A DNA stretch of 64,000 nt from a virus. Its lineage: Duplodnaviria; Caudoviricetes. The stretch lies in the IMG/VR virus record IMGVR_UViG_3300032219_001391, positions 13,220-77,219 of that record; one strand, given 5' to 3'. Shown here piece by piece: positions 1 through 7,577 of this stretch (positions are counted from its first letter, which is position 1; each line of letters opens with the position of its first letter). The notes below the pieces were generated by a model. It made no database searches. It had not been told where the DNA came from and saw only the letters and a list, made by a program, of their open reading frames with translations. A program made the position numbers and the translations under genes.

Positions 1-150
1 TTTAATGCCAAGAATATTAAAATATCAAAAGAGACTCACGAGTTATTGAAATTGTATTGTGATAAAAGAGGTTTGAAGATTTACAAATTTTTAGACAATC
101 TTATTAAGGAGAAATGTACCGAGAAGAAAGACATTTACGGTGAGAATTAA
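1..150 (+). CDS. 3' end of a small basic protein, possibly ribbon-helix-helix DNA-binding (partial)
   Basis: Open frame from base 1 to TAA 148-150: ...KNIKISKETHELLKLYCDKRGLKIYKFLDNLIKEKC...; beta strand followed by two helices. Confidence 0.45.
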   Translation, partial: FNAKNIKISKETHELLKLYCDKRGLKIYKFLDNLIKEKCTEKKDIYGEN

Positions 151-1208
151 ACCAATTTAGATTCAAAAATTAAACTTACATTTTGAGTATTGTCTGTCGG
201 TGTGATAACAAACTCGGCACTATCACCAAGATTTAATTCTAATTTACTTGGATTCGTATAAGTAACCGTATCCACCCCAACATTATTATCAACCAAGACT
301 TGGAATGATGAAACGTTTGTAGAACCATTTAAGTTCATATTAACCCTGTATGGTGCGTTGTAAGTGTAGTAACCAATTCCTGTATTATCCGGAGCTACAG
401 TTATGACTATATCAAACAAATCAGGATTTTCAGGGAACTTTTTCTTTTTAGGTTTCTTTTTGTAATTATCAACCTCAAACATTGTAAACGCTCTTGATAC
501 CACAGGTTTTACTTCAAACTCTTCCTCATCAATTAAAAATCCTTGTAATGTAAAACTATATTTTTGTAAGTAATATTTTCTCTTTTCTAAATCTAAAACA
601 GATTCATCACTACTTTCTTTCGTAACAATAGGAATATAATGACCTTTAACAGTAGCATACGCTTGAGCAGATGAGAATGTTTGCATAACAACCTTATTGA
701 AGGTGTTTAACTCTCTCATTCTATTACACATAATATAAACACTATACTCAATATCTATTGGAACGGGTTGAGGTATTGTATATAAATCCAAACCCTTTCT
801 TGTTCCGTCCCAAGTTGGTACAACTGCATAAAAATATTGTTTTCTATTTGGTATTGTATATAATCCAGGTAACGTTCCTCTTTTAACAACAGATTCACGA
901 ACTACAGAAATAAATGGAACTTGTACGTTTTTATCTAAGTCATTAAAATCCCAAGTTTGTGTGAATTGAGCCCAATTTTGAGTGGTTAATAATACGTTCA
1001 AAACTGGAACTACTTTTCCTTCTGAAGTTATTTTTAACCTATCTTGAACAAAGTCCAAAAACCCCCTATCCAAATCAGCATGTAATATTGATTTAGGTAA
1101 ATAAGTCCCATCCTCATTGATAAAATCAAGTAGTTGTTCTCTTCTTTCTAAAAGTGTTTTTTTAGGTGAGAGTTCTATTGTCGGTATTACTTTTTTAGGT
1201 ATTGCCAT
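147..1208 (-). CDS. virion neck/tail-completion protein (T4 gp15-like, tentative)
   Basis: 353 aa ORF coupled to the upstream neck-like gene; P-rich segment (TIPQPVPIDIEYSV) typical of tail terminator proteins. Confidence 0.45.
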   Translation of the reverse strand: MAIPKKVIPTIELSPKKTLLERREQLLDFINEDGTYLPKSILHADLDRGFLDFVQDRLKITSEGKVVPVLNVLLTTQNWAQFTQTWDFNDLDKNVQVPFISVVRESVVKRGTLPGLYTIPNRKQYFYAVVPTWDGTRKGLDLYTIPQPVPIDIEYSVYIMCNRMRELNTFNKVVMQTFSSAQAYATVKGHYIPIVTKESSDESVLDLEKRKYYLQKYSFTLQGFLIDEEEFEVKPVVSRAFTMFEVDNYKKKPKKKKFPENPDLFDIVITVAPDNTGIGYYTYNAPYRVNMNLNGSTNVSSFQVLVDNNVGVDTVTYTNPSKLELNLGDSAEFVITPTDNTQNVSLIFESKLV

Positions 1209-1723
1209 TATAATCCTCTAAATTCGTTATTATTGACAGGTGCCGCAATATACGTTTTATAAAACGCTTTATATCCCCCGTATGAATGTTTAAGATCAGA
1301 TGTAACACGACCATCATTTACCACACTATAATATCTAACTCTTGTTTCGGTTTCGTAGTAAGCAATATAGTCACCAAAATCTATAGTTATATTCAATTCA
1401 TCCAATTCTTTCATATAAACCGAAAATGTCATATTACCCGGTTCCATTTGATCTAATTGTGTTTTACCTAACGTTTTATTATCGGGACCAACAATCTTAA
1501 CATAAGCTTTGAATTCTACAGGTGGTTCAAATTTAATTCCGTCGCTAACCGCTTCACCATAGACATCATCATTATTAGTCTTTTGACGATCTACTTTATA
1601 TAAAACCAATGTGAAGTTCATATCACCCTCCAACCATTCACGACCCATTTCAATGTCTAAGTCATAGTCTTCGGCGCCAAAAAACTTTCCTAATCTTGTT
1701 ATCGGTACTTTACGCTCTGCCAT
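1208..1723 (-). CDS. head-closure/neck protein (gp14-like, tentative)
   Basis: 171 aa; DDVYGEA...F.PPVEF pattern seen in head-closure proteins; TATTTAT motif 4 nt before ATG. Confidence 0.45.
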   Translation of the reverse strand: MAERKVPITRLGKFFGAEDYDLDIEMGREWLEGDMNFTLVLYKVDRQKTNNDDVYGEAVSDGIKFEPPVEFKAYVKIVGPDNKTLGKTQLDQMEPGNMTFSVYMKELDELNITIDFGDYIAYYETETRVRYYSVVNDGRVTSDLKHSYGGYKAFYKTYIAAPVNNNEFRGL

Positions 1724-1765
1724 ATTGATAAATACTTGATTGTTTATTATATTTACCTTTTAAGT

Positions 1766-4615
1766 ATGAATGAAATAAAAATCAATCAACCGCTTGAAAT
1801 TAGAGCACTTGATGTCCTTGATAATTATTCAGGGGCAAACAACTATATTATTAAATTAAAAATCAAAAAAGATACTAATAAGAAGTTCTATCCCACAAGG
1901 AATCAAGCAGAATATATCTTAGCATATAAAGACACTACACCTAAGATTGCAAGAAAATGGGTTAATCTTGATTTATATTTTGCTAACAAACTTGCGGATG
2001 AAAAATTATTAACGGAAGTTCCAACAAAAATATGGGTTGAGAAGTTATTAGTGGAAAAAGATACATCTTATCACATTTGGGGTAAATTTAATGAACACGA
2101 GGAGTTATATGATTTTTGGGTACCAAAATCAGGAATTATTAAAGACAACTCCATTAAAGTTAGTATTGATTATGAAAAGTATTCTCATAGACCCCCATTG
2201 TCTCACCAAATAGAAGGTATTGAAAAATTAGTTGGGAATAAGAAATATATTCTAGCAGATGATATGGGATTGGGTAAAACAACTCAAACAATCATTGCCG
2301 CTTTGGAAACGGGTGTTGATAAGATTTTAATCATTAGTCCTGCATCATTAAAGATTAACTGGCAACGTGAAATTGAAAATTATACGGATCGTTCAGTTGC
2401 TATCATTGATGGTAAAAAATGGGAATCCGCAGATTTCGTTATTGTAAATTACGACATCTTAAAGAATTTTCACGATCCAAAAAATAGAGAAAATAGTCAG
2501 ATATTAAATGAAGGTTTTGGTTTGGTTGTTTTAGATGAATGTTTTACATACGATACTAAAATTATCACTGAATTTGGTGAAAAAAATATTGGAGATATTG
2601 TAGAGAATGGGTTAGATGTTAAAATTTTAACATTTAATCACAAAAATAATATTTTTGAATATAAAAAAATAAATAGATGGATTAGAAAAAATAAAGACAC
2701 TATATACAAAATAAAACTCAACAACGGACTATTTATAGAGTGTACTGATAATCATAAGTTCTATGTAAATAATAAAGGATATGTTAGAGCAAAAGACCTT
2801 ACATCAACCGACGACTTGTATATGTTGTCAAAAACCACTTTCAAAGAAACAAATTTGGAAGAAGGGAAAATGTTGTTCAAAGAGTTGTTCATCAATAATA
2901 AGGAACAAAATGTCACCACAAAAACCAAAGGAATTAAAATTTCACAAAAATTGTCCGGAATGTGGAAATATAATGAGTTTCACAACAGAAACAAAAATGA
3001 AAAAGAAAACATATTGTTCTGTGACATGTTCGAACAAAGTAAAATCAAACAACGTGGAAGTAAAAGAAAAGAGAAAAAAAACAATAGAAAAAAATGGTGG
3101 GTGGTCAAAAATAATGATAAATACACATATGAAAAATCCTCATATGGCAAAACTATCTTCTCAAAGGATGAAAAAAAACAATCCAATGAAAAATTTGGAG
3201 AGTTTAGAAAAAATGAAACAAAAATTAAAAGGGAGAACTTTTTTGTCGAGGGGTGGGAATGGCAAAATAACACCTCAACAAGAAATGTTATTTCAGATGT
3301 TAGGGGAAGGTTGGGTGTTGGAATTACCAATTTTAACAGAAAACGTAAAACCTTTATTCAAAAGTTTACCACCTTCTTACAAAGTGGATATAGGGAATCC
3401 AAATTTGAAAATATCAATAGAAGTAGATGGGAAGTCTCACAAAACAAAAAAATGGAAATACTTGGACAGACGAAAGACAAAGGTATTGAATTCGTTAGGG
3501 TGGAAAGTATTGAGATTTTGGAACGAGGAAGTTATGATAAATCCACAAATGTGTATTCAAAAAATACAAGAGTTTATGATTTAGAAATTGAGGATAATCA
3601 TAACTATTTTGCTAACAATATCTTAGTAAGTAATTGTCATTATATTCAAAACACACAAGCACAGAGAACAAAACTAATCAATGATTTTGTTAAAAAAATT
3701 GATAGATTATGGTTATTGACAGGTACACCAATCACATCAAGACCAATCAATTATTATAACTTATTGAATTTAATTGATTCCCCCGTTGCTATGAATTGGA
3801 TGGCGTATGTTATCAGATATTGTGAAGGGTATCAATTCAGTGTTGGTAAAAGAAAAGTATGGAATGTTAGTGGTGCATCAAATCTTGAAGAACTTCGTGA
3901 TAGAACATCTCGTCAAGTATTAAGACGTTTGAAAACCGATGTATTGGATCTACCCGAAAAAATCATAACACCAGTCTATCTTAAATTAAAATCTTATGAA
4001 TACGAGAGATTGATGGGCGAATATTATGATTGGTACGATAAATCTGAGGAATCAACATCATTGACCGTTCAATTTACCAAACTAATGAAAGTTAGACAGG
4101 TAATTTCAGAAGAGAAAGTTAAATCAACTATTGAGTTATGTGAGAATATTATTGAACAAGGTAAGAAGGTTATTGTATTTACCAATTTTACCAACTCGTT
4201 AAATACTATCTTATCACATTTCGGAAAAAAAGCCGTTGGTCTTGATGGTAGTATGCCACAAGGAATGAGACAAGATAATGTTGATAAATTCCAAAATGAT
4301 GAAAGTATTATGGTATTTGTTGGGAATATCAAAGCGGCAGGTGTTGGTATTACCTTAACATCCGCCGAGGTTGTAGTTATGAACGACTTATCATTTGTTC
4401 CATCAGACCATTCACAAGCGGAAGATCGTGCATATAGATACGGACAAAAGAATAACGTTTTGGTGTATTACCCTATTTTTGATAATACAATTGAGGGTGT
4501 TATATACAATATTCTACAGAAAAAGAAAAACATATTTGAAACCGTTATGGGTGATAATCTAAGTAAGGGTGATATTGTTGAGGAGATTATGAACCTAATC
4601 AACACTAAAAGATAA
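1766..4615 (+). CDS. SNF2-family (DExH) helicase precursor containing an intein
   Basis: Motif I ILADDMGLGKT, motif II split as VVLDE/CH by the intein, LLTGTP, HelicC motifs AAGVGITLT and QAEDRAYRYGQ; ATG 1766 preferred over TTG 1736. Confidence 0.92.
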   Translation: MNEIKINQPLEIRALDVLDNYSGANNYIIKLKIKKDTNKKFYPTRNQAEYILAYKDTTPKIARKWVNLDLYFANKLADEKLLTEVPTKIWVEKLLVEKDTSYHIWGKFNEHEELYDFWVPKSGIIKDNSIKVSIDYEKYSHRPPLSHQIEGIEKLVGNKKYILADDMGLGKTTQTIIAALETGVDKILIISPASLKINWQREIENYTDRSVAIIDGKKWESADFVIVNYDILKNFHDPKNRENSQILNEGFGLVVLDECFTYDTKIITEFGEKNIGDIVENGLDVKILTFNHKNNIFEYKKINRWIRKNKDTIYKIKLNNGLFIECTDNHKFYVNNKGYVRAKDLTSTDDLYMLSKTTFKETNLEEGKMLFKELFINNKEQNVTTKTKGIKISQKLSGMWKYNEFHNRNKNEKENILFCDMFEQSKIKQRGSKRKEKKNNRKKWWVVKNNDKYTYEKSSYGKTIFSKDEKKQSNEKFGEFRKNETKIKRENFFVEGWEWQNNTSTRNVISDVRGRLGVGITNFNRKRKTFIQKFTTFLQSGYRESKFENINRSRWEVSQNKKMEILGQTKDKGIEFVRVESIEILERGSYDKSTNVYSKNTRVYDLEIEDNHNYFANNILVSNCHYIQNTQAQRTKLINDFVKKIDRLWLLTGTPITSRPINYYNLLNLIDSPVAMNWMAYVIRYCEGYQFSVGKRKVWNVSGASNLEELRDRTSRQVLRRLKTDVLDLPEKIITPVYLKLKSYEYERLMGEYYDWYDKSEESTSLTVQFTKLMKVRQVISEEKVKSTIELCENIIEQGKKVIVFTNFTNSLNTILSHFGKKAVGLDGSMPQGMRQDNVDKFQNDESIMVFVGNIKAAGVGITLTSAEVVVMNDLSFVPSDHSQAEDRAYRYGQKNNVLVYYPIFDNTIEGVIYNILQKKKNIFETVMGDNLSKGDIVEEIMNLINTKR
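2540..3634 (+). mobile_element. intein (365 aa) inserted in the helicase DExH box
   Basis: Starts CFTYDTKI (block A), has IECTDNHKF (block B TxxH), ends VYDLEIEDNHNYFANNILVSN followed by Cys+1; excision restores VVLDE-CHYIQN. Confidence 0.95.
2781..3584 (+). CDS. DUF559/Vsr-like (EDxHD-type) homing endonuclease with two Zn-binding modules, in the +1 frame inside the intein
   Basis: CxxC...CSxxC twice, basic NUMOD3-like linker, then YKVD...IEVDGKSH...D and LGWKVLRFWN; ATG 2781 to TAG 3582-3584. Confidence 0.88.
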   Translation: MLEQKTLHQPTTCICCQKPLSKKQIWKKGKCCSKSCSSIIRNKMSPQKPKELKFHKNCPECGNIMSFTTETKMKKKTYCSVTCSNKVKSNNVEVKEKRKKTIEKNGGWSKIMINTHMKNPHMAKLSSQRMKKNNPMKNLESLEKMKQKLKGRTFLSRGGNGKITPQQEMLFQMLGEGWVLELPILTENVKPLFKSLPPSYKVDIGNPNLKISIEVDGKSHKTKKWKYLDRRKTKVLNSLGWKVLRFWNEEVMINPQMCIQKIQEFMI

Positions 4616-4634
4616 TGATATATTTATCATTATG
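4613..4634 (+). promoter_or_regulatory. 22-nt palindromic intergenic element containing TATTTAT (copy 1)
   Basis: TAATGATA-TATT-TATCATTA-TG runs from the helicase stop to the SOD start; identical to the reverse complement of 11419-11440. Confidence 0.7.
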
Positions 4635-5309
4635 AAACAATTAGAAAGAAAGATAGAATTACTTGAAACGATATTGGAAGGTAAAAACATTTTTGAGGCA
4701 AATTACAAAGCACAAAAATTGGATTATAACCCTAACTCTTTATCCGACTTCATAGACAAGGAAACTATGGATGTCCATTATAATGGACATTACAAAACGT
4801 ACATCAAAAAATTAAATGATCTTCTACCTGATGATCAAACAATTCCAATTGAGGTTTTAATTAAAAAAATATCAAGGTATAACAGAAAGGTGAGAAATAA
4901 TGCCGGTGGTGTTTATAATCATCAACTTTTTTGGAAAATGTTATCACCAAATAAGACAAAACCATCAGAGGAGTTGTTAGATAAAATCATTAAAGATTTT
5001 GGTTCCTACGATGATTTTAGAAAAAAGTTTGAGAGGGTTGCACAAGATAAATTTGGTTCAGGATGGGTTTGGTTGGTTGTTGGAAGTAATGGAAAACTTC
5101 GTGTTACCTCAACATCAAATCAAGATAACCCTGAGATGAATAATATTAGAGGTGGAGGAAAAGTTTTATTGGGGCTTGACATTTGGGAACATGCGTATTA
5201 TCTTAGCTACCGAAATAAGAGAGACCAATACATCAAGAACTTTTGGAAGGTTGTAAATTGGGATTTCGTAAATTCAGAATATCAGAAACTTAAACCAAAT
5301 AAAAAATGA
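4632..5309 (+). CDS. sodA: Fe/Mn superoxide dismutase (Mn-type signature) with N-terminal extension
   Basis: VHYNGHYKTY, NNAGGVYNHQLFW, FGSGWVWL, NQDNP, LDIWEHAYY: all four metal ligands present; GG and NQD point to Mn type. Confidence 0.95.
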   Translation: MKQLERKIELLETILEGKNIFEANYKAQKLDYNPNSLSDFIDKETMDVHYNGHYKTYIKKLNDLLPDDQTIPIEVLIKKISRYNRKVRNNAGGVYNHQLFWKMLSPNKTKPSEELLDKIIKDFGSYDDFRKKFERVAQDKFGSGWVWLVVGSNGKLRVTSTSNQDNPEMNNIRGGGKVLLGLDIWEHAYYLSYRNKRDQYIKNFWKVVNWDFVNSEYQKLKPNKK

Positions 5310-6121
5310 AAAAGTTGTTTGTCATTAACGAAGAAAAAGTAACAAAATGTTCCTATTCAGATGTTATTGAGTACAGAGAGTTGTTTAACAGAAATCCTAA
5401 AGTTAAATGGATTTATCGTGAAGCAATTGACAAAGCGGTTAAATCAGTATTCCACGAAAATTGGGTAGATCATCCAAAAGGTGGTGAAACCGTATCAGGT
5501 GTTTTTGATTTAGAAGGTTCGGGAAGATCGGTATTGAACAAACTAAACACCAACTATAGTGGGTTTTATATCTTAGTAAGAGATATAAATCGTGTGTTGA
5601 GTGCTAAGCAATTAGAATTGTTGAACTTCAATAAGTCAAGTGAGGAACAAATCTTTGAGGTACGTAAAATGGCAGTGGCAATTAACACGTTCAAAGATCG
5701 TATATTCAATACGGACTCTTCCACTTTCAACACAATCATGTCAACATTAAATCGTACCCACAAATTGGGTGAGAAAAGAGAAAATGTTGTTGTTGATGTT
5801 TTGAAGAAAGTTTATGGTGAGAATATGGTTTCAAAAGTTGGTGGGTTAAATAGTTCTGAGGATATGACATCGGGTGTAGATGCGATTATCAATACAAGTA
5901 CAGGTACTAAAACCGCCCAAGTAAAACCATTCTACAAAACCACAAAAAATGATACAACTATTGTTTTCTCAGATACCGGTAACGTTAAAGAGTACAAAAC
6001 CGATTATATCATTTTTGATGGAGCCAAAGAGGTTTATGTAATGAATAACGATAAAACAAAAATCGTTAATGGTCAATATACGTTCCCAATTGAGTCTGTC
6101 CTTCATATATTATCAAAATGA
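5306..6121 (+). CDS. hypothetical protein, possible PD-(D/E)XK nuclease
   Basis: 271 aa, ATGA-coupled to SOD; C-terminal EDMTSGVDAII...TAQVKPF resembles PD-(D/E)xK motifs II-III. Confidence 0.5.
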   Translation: MKKLFVINEEKVTKCSYSDVIEYRELFNRNPKVKWIYREAIDKAVKSVFHENWVDHPKGGETVSGVFDLEGSGRSVLNKLNTNYSGFYILVRDINRVLSAKQLELLNFNKSSEEQIFEVRKMAVAINTFKDRIFNTDSSTFNTIMSTLNRTHKLGEKRENVVVDVLKKVYGENMVSKVGGLNSSEDMTSGVDAIINTSTGTKTAQVKPFYKTTKNDTTIVFSDTGNVKEYKTDYIIFDGAKEVYVMNNDKTKIVNGQYTFPIESVLHILSK

Positions 6122-6125
6122 TTGA

Positions 6126-6132
6126 TATTTAT
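6126..6132 (+). promoter_or_regulatory. putative late promoter TATTTAT
   Basis: 13 nt upstream of ATG 6146. Confidence 0.6.
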
Positions 6133-6145
6133 ATGAAAAAAGACT

Positions 6146-7258
6146 ATGGCAATTATCCCTGAACCAGAAAGAAGTCAATTATACAAAAGAATTAAAAATC
6201 TTTTAGGAGCCCCAATCCGTTCTGTTGAGATTGAGGATGAAATGATGGATTCCCTTATGGAATTATCCATAGGTGATTACTCACAATACGTTTTGGATTG
6301 GTTGATTGAATCACAATGGACTTCCCTATATGGATTAAATCTTGATGAAAAATCAGTTGCAAATGCTCTTGTTAGGAGAACATTAGATTGGGAAACTCAA
6401 TACACTTACGCTTATTCAAAAATTGTGGGATTACAAACAAATGGTCCTTGGGTATTGAAACAAGATTTTTTTGATCTTACACCAAATCAACAACTATATG
6501 AAATTCCTGCAGGTAGAGAAGTTAATGAGTTAATGTGGTACACAAGACCGGCATTAAATAATACATTATTTGATCCTTGGTCTATGGGATTTTTAGGTGG
6601 TCCCGGTATTGGTGGTCCTGCCGGTTTCTCTCAAATGGGATTCCAAGGTGGATACTTTATGATGTCGGCTTATGATATGGTTGCTCGTATGCAAGATATC
6701 AATCTTAAATCAAGAATTTTAGGTTCCGATCTTACCTATAGAATTACCGCACTTCCTGACGGAAAGAAAATGGTTCACTTATTAAACGTTCCTGGTGGTA
6801 AATTTAATTTTGGAAATATCGGATATAATCAATACAGAGTTTTTTATTGGTATTATGATACTACCGATGATAATAGAGATGCGTGTTTATCAGCAAATCC
6901 TGATATCGTTAAATTACCTTCCGATGTTCCATTAGAAAATTTATCTTGGATTGATTTGAATGTACCAGCACAACAATGGGTTCGTCGTTGGTTTACTGCC
7001 TATGTTAAAGAAACTTTGGCTAGAGTTAGGGGTAAATACTCGGGTAACTTAAAGACACCGGATTCAGAACTTCAAATGGAGTATACAACACTTCAGACTG
7101 AAGCTAAAGACGAAAAATCTACACTTTTAGAGGAACTTAAATTACGTTTAGAAAGACTACGACCTGAAAAACAAATGGAAAAAGAAGCATCTATTGCTGA
7201 AAACCTAAATAAACAACTTAAATTCAGAGCGTTTAAAGTACCAATTCAAGCGATATAA
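6146..7258 (+). CDS. neck protein (T4 gp13-like)
   Basis: N-terminal IKNLLGAPIRSVEIEDEMM helix pattern and C-terminal ETLARVRGKYSG typical of gp13-like head-tail adaptors. Confidence 0.65.
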   Translation: MAIIPEPERSQLYKRIKNLLGAPIRSVEIEDEMMDSLMELSIGDYSQYVLDWLIESQWTSLYGLNLDEKSVANALVRRTLDWETQYTYAYSKIVGLQTNGPWVLKQDFFDLTPNQQLYEIPAGREVNELMWYTRPALNNTLFDPWSMGFLGGPGIGGPAGFSQMGFQGGYFMMSAYDMVARMQDINLKSRILGSDLTYRITALPDGKKMVHLLNVPGGKFNFGNIGYNQYRVFYWYYDTTDDNRDACLSANPDIVKLPSDVPLENLSWIDLNVPAQQWVRRWFTAYVKETLARVRGKYSGNLKTPDSELQMEYTTLQTEAKDEKSTLLEELKLRLERLRPEKQMEKEASIAENLNKQLKFRAFKVPIQAI

Positions 7259-7259
7259 T

Positions 7260-7577
7260 ATGCAACAAGTTAAAAGAACAATTGTAAGAACAAGTTTACC
7301 TGACCTAAGAAGAACATTAGTTAGTGATTTAGATATCATCACAACTAGTGGTGAATCATTAGTTATTGCAAAAAATAATTGTAAGATTAAATTAAACTCA
7401 CAATTAGGTGATTCAATAATTGTTAAAGTACTAAACGGAGCTTTAATTATTCCAGATTTTGGTCGTATTGACGAAGAATGGGATGAAATTATTTTAGAAA
7501 AAGGTGCCTGTGTTGATTTCAGGTTTGTTGAAGGGAACTGGTATATTCTATCATCAGATGGGTTGAAAACAGTTTAA
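7260..7577 (+). CDS. hypothetical protein (beta-rich)
   Basis: 105 aa ORF directly after the neck gene. Confidence 0.6.
   Translation: MQQVKRTIVRTSLPDLRRTLVSDLDIITTSGESLVIAKNNCKIKLNSQLGDSIIVKVLNGALIIPDFGRIDEEWDEIILEKGACVDFRFVEGNWYILSSDGLKTV

Noticed and set aside
1754-1761. TACCTTTT as a host-type promoter for the helicase
   Set aside because: One mismatch, poor -33 spacing and only 4 nt from the ATG; too weak to call.
2980-3330. 116-aa antisense ORF inside the intein (possible triple coding)
   Set aside because: The Phe/Leu/Ser-rich sequence is the expected mirror of an A-rich sense strand; no motif or promoter seen.
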